A DNA stretch of 61,485 nt, filler included, from Choristocarpus tenellus KU-1152 (GCA_964200185.2; 8 parts of 8 records of this genome joined end to end with filler, not necessarily neighbours in it); one strand, 5' to 3'; counted from the whole stretch's first letter, positions 1 to 22,096 are shown. The notes: generated from the sequence alone by a model not told the origin. A program made the numbers and translations.

Positions 1-324
1 TGGTCTTCTTCTTATCGGGGGGGGATGGTGGGGGGGGGGTGGGGGGGGGGGGGGGGGGGTGGGGTTGTCACTATTTTAGTAATCAAAGGTTCTTTTTTTG
101 TTTCTGAAGGGGATTATTTTTTGGTCAAATCTTTCGATATTTCAACTGCTGTTGGTGTGACTTCACAGACAGGGTTTTTCGAGGTCCACTACGTGTCCAT
201 ACTTCCATACTCACAGGTGGTACGCACTAACAACTCACACCCCTTTTCCGATGCATATCAATCCTCATGCCCACTACGACCATACCACTACCACTACCAT
301 GCCTCGTTTACGGTCACTGTGCAG

Positions 325-8952
<8,628 letters not shown>

Positions 8953-8993
8953 TATGTTTTATGCCGTAATTTGATGAATAGATGGGGCACCCC

Positions 8994-11900
8994 TTAATTG
9001 AGATGCAATTGACATGCTTTTCTTAGGTCTGCTGTGGTGCTGGGATGTTTGTTTGCTGTTGTAGAGCACAAGACCAAGAAGGCATCAAGGTGTTGCAGGG
9101 GAACGATTGTGAAATCACCCCCCAGCACATTCTGGTGGGCATCTTCTCCATCCTTCTGTAATGTCCCTAGAGTGAGCACCTGTTCTTTTTGCCATCCCTC
9201 TGCCTACACCTTCTCCCGACCATGTTTCTAGACATCGACCATATCTCAACCTGTGCAGCACAGAAGATCTTAAGCTGGGCGGGGCAGACTGTAGTGGAGA
9301 TTCAAGATAAGGGCTGAGTATGTTTGAGTTGAAGATACTGGCATGCAGTTTTTACACATGCCCTTCGAGGGATTGAGTTTTGCTTAGACAAAGGACTTGT
9401 CCTCACTGTGCGGATTTGCCCAGTTTCGATATGTTGGCACTCCCCTACGATCCCGCCAAGTTGGAGTGTAGATGACATCCGTTGTGGGAAGAGCTAAAAG
9501 TAGTTTGGATTTGGGCAATAAACGGTGGGTAGAGGGGTGAATGCAGCAAGAGTTGCGTGTTTAAATGCACAATGGGTATGGCAATGATGTGCTGGATTTT
9601 GCTTGTCATTAGAGTAGCTACCTGGGAGAAGGAGGTACCGGGGTAATGGTTGTAAGTGCCTGTATCATATACAACGTACTCACCTAGTTTTAGAGGGGCT
9701 CCAACTAGGCAAGCCAACGGGGGGCAGGAAGGAATTGAGTGAAAAACTTGGATTGATATTGTTGTGTGTATCACCATGGTTGAATTTACTGGTTGAAACT
9801 CGAAATTGACTTTCCAAGGTAATTCTATCATATACTACTACACAATAATTTGTGTACTGGCATAGGTTAGTTACTTGACTGACATAGTATCAGTTCCTAT
9901 TTCGCAGTGGCAGAGGGACAAAGGAAAGATGACGAGTCAATTTGATAAAAAAAAATCAACTCTCGCGATGTTGAAGTGGTTTTGTGCTCTAGAGGTACCT
10001 CTTGGATAGAGGTACGATTGGCTTGAGCAGAACAAAAGTGGGTGCTCAGTGTGAGCAACTAAGAAGAAATGCCCGTTTTCTATATCTAGGATATTATCGT
10101 TATCTGGTTGGGCTAATATAATACTACCAAAGAAAACGTGTAGCATTGTTGATATAGTATCATGCTGATACCATAAAGCTTTGCTGAAGAAAGAACTGAA
10201 GACAACTTGACGAAAAGGAAAGACAATTGGTCTGGACTCTTATCAAACAATACTTACCCATCCCCATCCTTGGATAAGTAACAAACATAACTTTTTATTC
10301 TCAACATGTACTTGATACCTAGATGGCCCCACCCACTGCCAAACACTTTAATTGGTCGCATTTTGTCTGCTCATTATTACAGCACAAGAAAAAATGCTAC
10401 GTGATATTTATAGTTGAAGTGCTAAAATTTGTGTGCTATACATGTGTATATGAAAGAGGTGGAACTCTCCACAGGCCGAGCTGAGAGGTAAAATAATAAA
10501 TTGCCCAACCTGCCTCCAACAAAATTTGTAGTCTGTACAGCAAAATTTGCACCAACTCACGAGAACGATAAAACCACTCTGTCTAGTACATTCATGTGCT
10601 TTCCCAAAAAATAATTCAAACAAAAAACGACCATAACTGCTTCAACAAGAAAACCCTTTCCCATGTACCTCACAGGAAGGATGAGCCCTTGCTTGCTCCA
10701 GCCAGCATACTTGCAGTTTGAGGGGAAACAAAAAATGAGGAGTAGCATCAGGGCCTACCACCTCAGGTTGAGTGCACTTTGAAAGGCACGCACATACACA
10801 AGACAAGACTGATACTACACCCCAACATAAACTATGCCATGTCCGAAATGCCCCTTGACAAAATACACACACTCACAACCAGCACAAGCCAAAAAAAGAA
10901 CAGAGTACAACAAACAACGTAACACTCCTCCCAATTAAAATCCTTTCCTCTTCTCCAATCCTTAAGGAACTCGCTCCCCAACAATTCCCACTTTCTCAAT
11001 CACCTCACCCTACCTGATATTGCAGCAACCACAGTATTAACACGTGTCTCTGCTGTCGCCCAACTCATGCAGTAGCTCACTTACTCATCCACCACAAGAA
11101 CACTACCTCTACATCGTGTATCCCCACCAGCATATCGACATTTTCTCACAGAAAGGAGGAAACGTTTCCATCTGTTACTGTAAGTTCTGCGTGCGTGTGT
11201 GGACCTGTGAAAACAGGTATTAGTGGCCGAAACACCCATCTTTCAGAAAAAGGGTCCCTACCACCAAAACACAAATAATATTTCACCATCACATCCTCAT
11301 CCAAAACCTGTTAGTACCCACTTCCGTCAGGTGACTGGCTGCCCCTGCATCGGCCCCACCTGCCAAACCACCTCTCCACATGACCATGATGAATTCAGAA
11401 GGTAAATCCTCTCAACTCTTTACATGCACCCGTCCACAAAGAACATGCTTTTGAAGCAATGCAGCCAAAGTGGGGCATTCAACACACATTAACCAAGTGT
11501 AGAAGCGGATCAGTCCTTAGCGCAGTACAACTGAACAATCATCAGCAGGCGCATTCATACATCCATTCATCCCCTAATCCCCATCTAAAGTCGCCACACC
11601 AAATATTTCCCTCCCCACCCCCCCGTCCCTCTCAACCACATCCGTACCTGGTACAACACCAGGTTGGCTAAAACCAAAAAAACACGTAACTCCAGGTTCT
11701 TGTCCTTGCCCTATCATGAGGGCAGTAAACCCTCCCTCTCCTTACTCCATCCTCCCCAACCAACACAGCACTTTCACTTCCTTTACGGAAGGGGGCAGGT
11801 GGGGACCAGAAGGGATGGAGGCAAGGCAGGGGAGATCCTCTCCCTTCCCTCACTCACTCATCACCTCCAAACACGCACTTATATCGCCTTGGAGTACCAA

Positions 11901-13188
11901 CTGTGATACTCTCTCCATGCCTGCAATGCAGCCATTGGTTGTACAAAAAAGTTGAAAAAAAGGATGCACAAATAAAAATACTTATTTCTTGTGAGACATG
12001 GCAGGGGCGGGAGAGGGTGAGGGGGATATTTACATCGCAGCACCCATGCCAAGCTCGAAAAGATGAGGTAGAGTCTTGAGCAGCAGGTAAGAAAGAGCAG
12101 GCTGTATCAGGCGCCAGACTAACCAAGGACTTGATGAAAAACACCGATAAGTAGGGTGATCTCTAATTGATGTGATGCACTCTTTTCTCCTTTTCTCTTT
12201 TCTGAAGCAATTGAAATTAACCTTTCAACAAGAGTTCCGCCACCGGATGCATGCAACAGTTTCCCCCTCAGCAAACCAAACAAAAACATAGGTACATAGG
12301 GGGTCAACATAAGTGAAGAGATAAACTTAACAAGACGCATCAGCCCAGAAGGGTTCCGCTTCTCAATCCTTTCACATGTTTGACCTGCCATGATGAGGCA
12401 TAGGATCAGAGTCAGCCCTAGGTGTGGGAAATCTTCGTGGGAAATACACAACCAGGAGGATGGAGGGCACAGGAAGTAGGAGGGAGGGCATTGAAACGCA
12501 TGTGTCAACAACTCTCAAAATATCCACTTCCTAGATCTCTGGAAGAAGCAAGAATATTTCTATATAATATGCATAGACACCAAAAACCTCATCAAAAGCG
12601 AGAGAGGAATAAAATTATTCCAGTTCCTTCACACATGCATCAAGGGATATACCACACCTCAGAACAGAAAACTCGCTCCCCTTGATCCCCTTGTGCCTCA
12701 GGGCCTCCACCAGCTGCCTGGGAGCAGCATCATGCTGATCAGCCGCTAGGGGGAATGTACCCTGTGCCATGGACGAAATCAGTTCACCTTGGGGATCACC
12801 ATTTGCACCGATAAGAGCAATGATCTATCAAGTAGTCACCTTTGTAACACTGTGACTGCATTTCTTTCTGACACTCCAAGTTCTTAAACATGGACTCCTA
12901 TCAAGTGACGACATGTAGTACACGTGTAGGTGTATATTACAAAAATCCAGGCCAAAAAGGTTATCCTGAACCAATCAAAGCATGAACAACACGCCCAAAA
13001 GTACACCATGAAAAATGGCAAACATCTACGGAGCCTCGATGCTATTATTCACTACAAAATTAAGTTAAGAATGCTCACTGTGATTCGCTGACCAAAGCTT
13101 TGCAACAGAAACGTGAGTGAGGAGGTCAACTTCACAAACTTCTCCACACACTGGGTAATCATGACAGAACTGGACCACTGGGTGGCGT
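8994..13188 (-). CDS. Putative multi-exon gene of unknown function; exon structure tentative, may extend to about 13890
   Basis: Phase-consistent exon chain with canonical or near-canonical sites: 13188-13079, 12824-12677 (GC donor), 12384-12124, 11920-11858, 11204-11150, optional 10709-10674, 10532-10510, 10112-9999, 9704-9622, 9179-8994 (TAA). It reads ...QSFGQRITIIALIGANGDPQGELISSMAQG...KGIKGSQTCERIEKRNPSGLMRLVKFISSLMLTPYVPMFLFGLLRG...HQVLGMERVSQLVLQGDISACLEVM...LQILLEAAQPDNDNILDIENGHFF...KACQLHLN*. No recognisable domain, and alternative exon choices exist. Confidence 0.5.
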
Positions 13189-14014
13189 CTGCGAAATATA
13201 TTTCAAAGGGACTGGTCATGAAAAATTAGTGACTTCAACCAGACTGGGACACAGACCGGTCCAGGTTTAAAATGTAGTACTAGTACTAGAACCAGTTCAG
13301 GACCACCATATACTTCAACCAAAACAGAACCACAGGCCGGCTCGGGTAAAATATGTTGTAAAAGGATCGGTCTAGGGTCGTCAGATAGTGTAACAGGACA
13401 GGGTCACATGACTGCTGATCCGGTGAAAATTCCTGCTAATATGATCTTGCTGTACACATGGGCCAGCTATAAATTTATTCGAGTCATTTTTTTTTTTTTC
13501 ATACTTCAAGGCACATCAAATCTTGTTCAATTTTGGTTGCAGGCCAACGCAACTCTGAAATATAAAAACCATCGACATTATTCAAGACATACCCCCACAT
13601 TGTCCAAAATACCACATACAACCTTACATCATTCACAGTACATCACTCAAAGCACCAATTGTGCTCATCTTGCTCAATTTACAGCAATAGCTGATCAAAA
13701 TATATCACTTCCCCAATAGTAAGAAGAGAAGAATCATAATTACATTCAACATGTATACAATATCAGATAAAGAATTAAGAACAGAAATAAAAACACGAAC
13801 ATGATAATATTTGAAGATGAAAAAAATACATGGTGCTGCAACACTGTCTACAACCACTTCTATCAACTGTGCCAGTAGAATGCACACATGCCTATCACCA
13901 TGGCCCATTCCAACTTCACAACCACCACACCTCTGCGCTCTCTTCAGAACCCTCCCCCCCCCCCTCCCTCCCCTCCCTCCCCTCCCTCCCTGACAAAATC
14001 ACCCCCCACCCCCA

Positions 14015-14114
14015 NNNNNNNNNNNNNNNNNNNNNNNNNNNNNNNNNNNNNNNNNNNNTTAATTAATTAANNNNNNNNNNNNNNNNNNNNNNNNNNNNNN
14101 NNNNNNNNNNNNNN
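14015..14114. other. Artificial contig linker (44 N + TTAATTAATTAA + 44 N)
   Basis: The same 100-nt spacer occurs seven times; its core has stop codons in all six frames. Confidence 0.97.
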
Positions 14115-14138
14115 ATCTCCCCCCAGATACTTTGACTC
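14115..14138. mobile_element. MITE family B terminus inserted in the CRE-like relic, cut by the gap
   Basis: ccccccagatactttgactc is the family B TIR. Confidence 0.6.
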
Positions 14139-14950
14139 TTGAGGCTATAAATACGAGGATCAAAAGAGTCTCATAGTGGGTGTGCTTTTGCGCCTTGACT
14201 GCAGCAGCAGCTACACCATTGCTGGTGGATGAGTGGGTGGGGTGGGAGGTCGCCTGTATCTCTGCGAATGTGACATCTAGCAGAAGGCCTTTGTCCCTGT
14301 AGGGGGCTGTTCTGGCGTCCGCCAGTGGCTCTGCATGGAACACCAGATCCATGTGGAGATTTCTGTTCGCTGTGAAAGTTCTGCTGTCCTCAATAGTGCA
14401 AGGGATGCCCATCCCCGCATAGTTGGTGCAGGCGTTTCACCATGGGAGTGTGCTGTCGTACCTGTACCCCTGCCCTGGGGCAGGTACGGGCATATCTGGT
14501 AAAATCATTTTGCCTCCTGCACCCTGCCACTGGGCACCTGTTGGAGAGGGCCTCATCCCTCCCTAGGGATCTGCTGACTGTGAGGTTAAATTCCAGAGGG
14601 GGGATTGGAATGCTGGTTCCAGAGGTTGAGTCGAGGCCCACGGGTTTGCCTCTTGTCTGCACTGGCTCCAGTGGCATGCTAGGGGCAATGAGGAGCCTCT
14701 AGGGCAATGAGGAGCTTTTCCTCCCTTGGTGTGCCTCGCTTGGTAGGCCGGCCAGTTGTGTCCTGAAGGAGTCAAAACGGATCTTGTTGAGGAGGCGTGT
14801 GATTTCATGTTGAGCCCTCCTTGTGATCTTGGCGTCATGAGCAGCCAGGATATGTACCTCTGGGGCCGGTGCAGGGGGTGTTGTATTCCCCCAGGTTACC
14901 CAGTCTTGGCCACTGATTTCTGCAAGGTCTTCTGAGGGGACGGACACCTG
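14139..14950 (-). mobile_element. Decayed RLE-type (CRE-like) non-LTR retrotransposon, 3' part (zinc knuckle plus restriction-like endonuclease)
   Basis: Minus-strand frames give CPVAGCRRQNDFTRYARTC...RQH (degenerate CCHC knuckle), then MDLVF...GLLLDVTF...AAAAVKAQKHTHY, matching the D...DVT...A..K..Y layout of the RLE domain. It is frameshifted, carries a tandem duplication of about 20 bp near 14679-14716, and is cut by a MITE end at 14138. Confidence 0.75.
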
Positions 14951-16258
14951 TGGAAAGGTGGGAGTGAATGGATGATCCTAAGAACTAAGGTTTGAGTTAG
15001 GGTTAGTGGGGATTTTTTTTTTTTGGGTTACTATAAACTTAGCATCAATGTACCTTACAAACCTCCTCCACCTCTACCTGTTATATCGACATCTCCATTA
15101 TGATCACATCTCCATGTATATTGAAGAAGAACAAATTACCTTCCTTCAATAGTTTATTCCATAATCCCTCTCATCTCCAGTATCCAATCTCTTTCAAGTT
15201 GAGATGTGAACCATTATTTCATTTCAATTTACAAGTAATTTACAACCAGAAAAAGAATATCAAAGTTGCAGCAATATGCCATCATATCTTGTACGTCGAA
15301 GCTCTTTAATGAATATGAAACATATATATTTCGGGTTTTTTCCAATTCCAAATCCACTCACTCACATTTAGAAGCTTCCCAATTCTGTTTTCATTTTTGG
15401 AGTTTTGAAACAATTGGTGTGTATTGTTGTGTGAAGAAGTCACATGATACAATCTTCTCCATTTATTTGTCTCTTTTGCTACTTGTTTCTGAGTATGTTG
15501 AATTTTTATTTTGTCTTCTATATCATCCCCAATGTGTGATGAGATTATATTCATTATTTCAACTATACATTTTTGAACCAATGTTGTTTACTAATATTCC
15601 CAAAAGGTCAAATATATTTGTCACTTGTAACCACCACATCCCTATAGTAATATCTATATACATAGGAAAATATATGTGGACAGGTTGAAACATGATCGAG
15701 GTATATATATTTCCATACTACTACTAATATACTTACATGTCTATCACCCTAACCCTATAATTACCATAAAAAGGTCCCAACAATATATGTAATATATGTG
15801 TTATAGTGTATATATGGATGAAATAACAGATCACTTAAATTTTGTTTGACTTGCGGTAATTTATGATCAATAATGGAAGCAAAATATGTCGAAATCAATC
15901 AAACAGCCAACTCTATAAACAGCCATGAGCAAACAATCAACAAACCAATAATATACTACATAATGGATTGAGCGGAATATTTCTCAAGAGCTCTCTCTTC
16001 CAGAAATAAAACTTTAGTATCTTACAAACAATATTCAATATTGAGTACATACTTCAGACACAGAATCTTCCACCAATCAGTGACTTCTAAAGAATGTGAT
16101 TGGAGGCATTTTCACCGTAAATAGAGCGAGACGGTCCCTTGAGAAAAGTAGGAGGTAAAATGCAAGGAGATACAACCAATGACTGAGATCCTCAACCCTC
16201 ATTAGTTTTACTCTAGAAGGGGCAGGAAAAGACAAGATCTGCGTATCTGCAACTCGTC

Positions 16259-19200
16259 ATGCCCTTGACGCCCAGGCATGTGAAGAAAGGTTCTTCCTGC
16301 CCCCCCCGTCAAGGCCGGGGCAGAGAGGCGAAGGTAGAAGGCAAGGTGGAAACGGTTGTGATCAAGGCAAGAGTTCGGCTTTGAATTAATATTGGATGAA
16401 TCCTTGAACATGGCTTATGCCTCAAATATTTTGTACTCATCAACAATCCAAGCTTAGAACTTAGATTTCATCGCACCCGTACCCCACCCTGATGTCTCAC
16501 CGTCCTGACTGAACGTTTGAACCTCAGGCCCGTTCTGGTGGCCCACGAAGGAGTTGCAATCGATGCTCAATCAAAAAGGAGAAATGCACAGGCGAAGTGC
16601 CTTGTGGGCGATGCACAATAGCGGGGACTGAATGCATCTACTCTTATTGCCGAACACTAGGAAGACCCAGGGCCTCTCGAGTGTCCAAGAAACGTCCGCC
16701 CCCCAATCAACACTCTCAGGCTGGCCCTAGTATTTCTCTTAAACGAGCAACTCTTTCTCCCTCCTCAGCTACAGGACTTCCTGGATTGATCGAGGACAAG
16801 TTCCTCAACTGCTTTCTGGAGGATTTTGTCCCTTTCTACCCTGTTATGGATGGTCGGATGGTGAGGTTTGCACTGATTAGCATCATGAAGGGCAAGGTTG
16901 GTCAAGAGATCCTTGGTTTAGGTGAACCCGCTTACACAGCTGAAGATGGGCGAGGGCGCATTTTACCAATGCACAACGAACCCTGCCCTGACGAGCCGCC
17001 TACACTCGATGGGTACGCAACCACCAGCGCCCTGTTCTCTGGCATGGTGCTGGGTGGCCTACTGATGGGTGTCCCTACTTGGAAAGTGCAAAATCACCTG
17101 GATGTTGCGGTCACATCTATGCAATTTTGCGGTGGGCAGATAAGCGAACAGGTGGTCACTTCTCACTTCCTTCTAGCCATTTGCTTCAAACTTTGTGATT
17201 CCACTGGGGATGTAGAGGGTTATGCTAAGCATGTGTTCCTTGCAAAGAAATCACTTGAGGAATTGACGCGAAGGGAAGGCAAACAGCCTAGGCTAACTCA
17301 TAGACGCCAGAGCCTCCATGATGCTTTAGACCACCGTACAATGATCGACAGAATACATAAAAAAGCAAGTACAACGGATGATTCAGTGACTCCAATCCTC
17401 CCCCAGTCATCGAGCAGCATGCATCCCGCGCACAGTGTAGAATACTCTGGCAAAGTTGGAATGGATGCCCATACTACCCGACGGAAGAGGGCGGTGCCTG
17501 TGGAAATGACCATCGACATGATAACCCACCTGGGCCTCTCTTCCTGGTCACCGGATAAGCGCTCAGTCCCTGTCCTCGGCGGTGGTCTCAGGGAGGTGCG
17601 CAGGCTCATTGATTCAGAGATGAAGCAATTTTCTTGTCAGAATCCACTTGGAAATGAAGGACAACGAGGTTGCGTACCAGGTTACTTCCTTGGTGGAACG
17701 TTCCTTGGAGTTCTGGCATCATTAGAGGATCTTGATGCAATGCAAGCTGTAGCAGAAGACATGGTCAATGCTGTCTACAAATGTCCAGGGGTGATCTTGG
17801 TGAGAAAGAATAGAAGTTTGAAGTCTACATGTTCTTGCAGCCCCCAAGGATATATCAAAGCTATGATACGTATGCTACCTGGTTCCATTCCTTACCGAAG
17901 TTGGGTGTGATTTGTACGCTGTCACGCTAAGGTATGCTTTGAGAATTTTTCCTCAAAATTATTTGCCTGCAAGTGTTCCCGTCTGTAGTTTTTGGGTAGA
18001 ACAAAGTTATTTTTCGAGGAATGGATTGACTTGTCCTCATGTCCCAGTGTTACGTTTGGCATTCTGATTGGGAATGTCTGTTTTGATCCCTGCTTATGGG
18101 TGGGGTGAGAAATGTAATTGGATAAGGAGGGCACACTTTTCCCGCTTCATCATAATTCTGCTCTGTGTGATGTATTTTTTAGACAAGCAAAAGTGCCTTC
18201 TGATCATTTGCTTCCGCTTCTTGTAAATTGTTCTGAGTTAAGTGTATGAAGGCCGTATAATAGTTCCATATTGCTTCTGTTTTTACACATTACATGATCT
18301 GCTCAACCAATTTTGTATTGAACCTGCTGCCTGTGCCATCAACATAGTCGCATAAGTTTATCAGAGGGCCTATTGTTTCTTTCAGTGCCATTGCTTTCCT
18401 AACACACCCCTCCGTGCTTTGCTGTCTATATAGCTTACCTCTGTTTCCCTCTTATACATTCTCTGTACTTTTGTGCTTGCTATGGTGCACAACAATTCCT
18501 TCCCGCCTTGGAAAATGATGCCCTACGGTGTGCTAAATAAAAAAACAGTTCCAGCCGCACACCCTGCACATCCTTCTGGCTACCTTGAAGGCACATGGGC
18601 AACGCAGACAGTATGAGGCCATTTGCATTGCAAAGAGGCACCAAGAACTGCCGACCTTTGACGATTTTGATCAAAATTTTGTGTTGTGCGAGAGCTCGTT
18701 ATGTCATGGATACACAAATTGGATCCTGAAGATGGGGATTGATAGAACAAGGCAAGAGAGTATAGGGGACTCTAAGGTAATGGTGCTCCACCCATCCCCC
18801 TTCGCTGCATGTGACGATGTTAAGACTGATATCAGTGAGTGCAGTGATGGGCTCATGGATCGTGGGGTCAACATTTCGCTGAGAAGGGCAAAGATTGAGA
18901 GGTCCGATAAGCTGGGCAGGCACAACAGCTTCGGGAAATTAGGAGTTGTAGAATCAGACATGTCTACCTACTCAGAGCTGAAGGGCACCCCAACAAGCTT
19001 GAACGTAACTGAGCGTAGCTGGGGATACGAAGATGCTGGCTTTGGCACAAGGGGCATGCTAGAGGGAAGGAGACTTGAGGGTTATCAACAGGAGGAGCAG
19101 ATGAAGGTAGTATTTGCACAAGGGAGGCAGGATGATGAACAGGAGATCAGGAGGACCTTGGGAGGCAAGGTGCTTGGTGGAGTTGCAACAGAAGGGATTG

Positions 19201-19877
19201 GTTGCGTGAGATTGCAAAGTGGTCAGGAGCAAAGTCAACAGCCTGCTCTTAATCAAGCAATTGCCTCTTCTATACCAGAGGCCTCATTGACTCCACAAAA
19301 ACATGATGGGACTAGCTTGGAGGAGGATGCAGCGCAGGATCAGTTGGGCCTTGAATGGAAGGATCTTAGTGTGCCGGATCTAGTTGACGAATTGCCAGAC
19401 ACCATGCCAGAATTTGACCTCGCTTCTTTTGAAGGTCTGCAACAATTGTGTCAACTGGGCGGAGGTAACCAAGAGGCTGCACATGAGCAGGTTCCTCTGC
19501 AGCAGCTGTGGGTGACCCCAAATACTTTAATGACTGACCTACAAAAGAACATGATTCAACACCCACTAACTGCCTCATTGTCACCATTGTCACAACATCA
19601 GCGGCAACAGCAGTACGAACAGCATCACCGGCAAGGTCAGGAGGATGAGCCAGCCTTCATGAGCTTGGCCCTTTCGATGCCTTTCCATACAGCTGTTGCT
19701 GCCCCCCTTGCCCTTGGGATTTCCATGTCTCAACCTTTGCTTTTCCCAGCAAACGGGGCTTCATCTGGACAACCTCGAAATGAGGGCAGAGGAGGAACTT
19801 GGGAGGCTTCTTCCTTTGAGCAGGCCAGGAGCTCACCTATGCTATGGATGGATATGGGGAAACATTGCTGGGAGTAA
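16259..19877 (+). CDS. Zn(II)2Cys6 (GAL4-like binuclear cluster) transcription factor, about 891 aa
   Basis: Exon 2 (16528-17799, cag acceptor, GTGAGA donor) begins ARSGGPRRS-CNRCSIKKEKCTGEVPCGRCTIAGTEC, a perfect CX2CX6CX5CX2CX6C at 16555-16635. It continues with a basic linker and a FLNCFLEDFVPFYPV segment resembling the fungal middle-homology region. Exon 3 (18549-19877) joins in phase and is acidic and Gln-rich. Exon 1 (ATG 16259-16333) is tentative. Confidence 0.88.
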
Positions 19878-20782
19878 TGTGGGAGATTGGTGGCAATGGC
19901 GGCATTATGGGGAATTATAGGTGATTGCTAACTTTTAAAGGTTATAGTGGCATGCAAGCCTTGTGATGATACTCATGCACTAGATTCAATTGCATGGGCG
20001 AAAGGTAGCCATGGGAAGAACATCTATTCAGCTGTTAGGTGATTAATGCCAAGCCATTTTCATTGGATGATATATTTAAATTTCATCATTTGGTTCACAA
20101 GTGTGTTTTGCCATGGAAAGTAATAATTGCTTGGTTTGTTGATGCACATGCACAATGTGCTTTTGCTCCCCCTGTACAAGGAAGTATGATCAGTTTTGTA
20201 ATGGTTGCATTTGTATTCTGTGTTGATTCCAGGTTCAGTAACACATGCTATGCTTTGTGTATCCTATATATTTTTTTAGCATTCTTGAAGTATTTGCGTG
20301 TTTGGGTGGGTTACCATATTTCCTACACATGTTTATGAGTCATTGATTTGCTCACAATCAACAATGTATTTACTAGAGCGATAGTTGATGCACATTTTAT
20401 ATATTTTTTTGTCCGGTTTTTTGCGACTTTGTGGTCCTCATTTTGTTTCTAGATTCTCCCAAATAGCATTGCCTTGTTTTCCCTATGATGGTAGGGAGAA
20501 CACTTTACTTTTGCCAGGGTATGAGAAAGCATAATACACATGTTTTGGAAAGGGCACAGTATTGCCTTCTTTGTAATTAGTACAACTCACATATGTGGCA
20601 TGCAAACATTGGCCACACAGGCAGCAAGCAAAAAGGGTCTCCTAGACCATAATGAGTTCTGAAATGTCTTGGTGATGTCGGGTAAGGAGAAAAGTTAACT
20701 TTACTGTGATGATAGGAACCTGTTGCATGGTTTCTCCTTGATAGAAAATTACTGATGATCTGATGAGTCAAATTTCTTTTGA

Positions 20783-21036
20783 ACTCAAAGCATCTAAGAG
20801 GGTACGAATTTTGCCATGTTTATCCGTTCAGGGCTTGGCTTCCCACAGGTTTTTTTGCCCTTTTTTCGGTACTCTGTGTGAACACAGTTACCTAAAATGT
20901 ATGACTATGAAAGATGTGTTCGAAGCAAGGATATTGACACTTTCTAACAAACATGATAGCCAAGATTTATCAAGTTGCAACATTGGATTTAGAACTCTGA
21001 ACGGACACAGCCCTACCCTCTTAAATGCTTCGACGC
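20783..21036 (+). mobile_element. MITE family A copy (degenerate)
   Basis: Aligns by eye along its length with the other family A copies (caaagcatctaagagggtac ... ctaccctcttaaatgctt). Confidence 0.65.
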
Positions 21037-22096
21037 TTGTTGACCTCATCTGTGACTGTTGGGCTTGTTTGTCTATGGTTGTACATTTTTGGTCCATCGT
21101 TAACTTGTTTAGGCTTGTTCCTTGGGGTTATCTAGTGCTGAGAAAAGAGAGGGATACAACTGCTGTCTGATGTGATTGTTCAGCATGGTAGAAGCAACAT
21201 CCCATCCACATATGTCTTTTGGTTGACTGATCGATTATTGTACATTAATTCAATGCATGGTGCAATGATGCTAAATCGTTTGGCAGGATTTGTCGTGTAG
21301 AAAACGTAACATACACATGGTTGAGGTTGTGGTCAGAAGGGCAATACAAAAAGATAGCAGAAAAAGATTACAATATAAACTCGACAAACTAGATAGTTGA
21401 AATCAAACGCAACATGCAACAAAGTACTGGGTAGATAAATGCACAAATTCAAGAACAGAAGAAATGCGAAGATCAAAACATAGCAAAAGAAGTAGAATAG
21501 TCCAGCAGTGAATTAATTACCTCTGAGAAAAAACAGGTATTAGCTCAGGCATGAAGGCTCAACAAGTTAACCCAAAGAGGAGTGTACATCCACTCACAAA
21601 TTTCTTGAAGGAAAGATCATTCAAGTTCCATTCAATCACCAGCAACAAATACATACCATCACCTATGGTATCCTAGGCCATTCCTCATACTCCACCCAAA
21701 GTTCTGTAGGTAGTGTCATGTATGTTCGATGTACATACCTGTGACATCAGTTTGGATCTTTCACAAGTAAATCCCACTCCAGATTTTGAAACCCTTGAAG
21801 TCATCTTGGATGCACCATCATCATATTTTCTCTCTTCCCCATTGGGTTCTTCTCTGCCATTTCCAAACATCGAATTCTTAGACAAGTGAGCACCATTCGT
21901 GTGCACACAGCGCCTGAAACTGTAATGTCAATTTGCATATAGTTGGATCGATGCTCTTGTTCCCAATTTGTAGATATCAAGGTTTAGGTTGTTTAGCATT
22001 TTGAGACATATTCAATATTTTGCGATTCACCCATATTTCTACTAATGAAGTACTAAGTTTGATTTGATAGCATTGATTTATCTATTGTTTGAACTT

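Noticed and set aside
11084-11204. Alternative exon frame ending VLVVDE (Walker B-like)
   Set aside because: A simpler phase-consistent exon (11204-11150, GTGAGA donor) exists and there is no canonical Walker A motif, so no NTPase call was made.
14059-14070. TTAATTAATTAA palindrome (PacI sites) repeated seven times
   Set aside because: It always sits centred in an identical N spacer, so it is an assembly linker and not biological sequence.
15100-15688. ORFs of 69-140 aa in AT-rich DNA upstream of the Zn2Cys6 gene
   Set aside because: Their composition is typical of non-coding AT-rich sequence, with no motifs or splice support.
17298-19593. Minus-strand ORFs overlapping the Zn2Cys6 gene
   Set aside because: They are antisense shadows of long coding exons, with no motifs.
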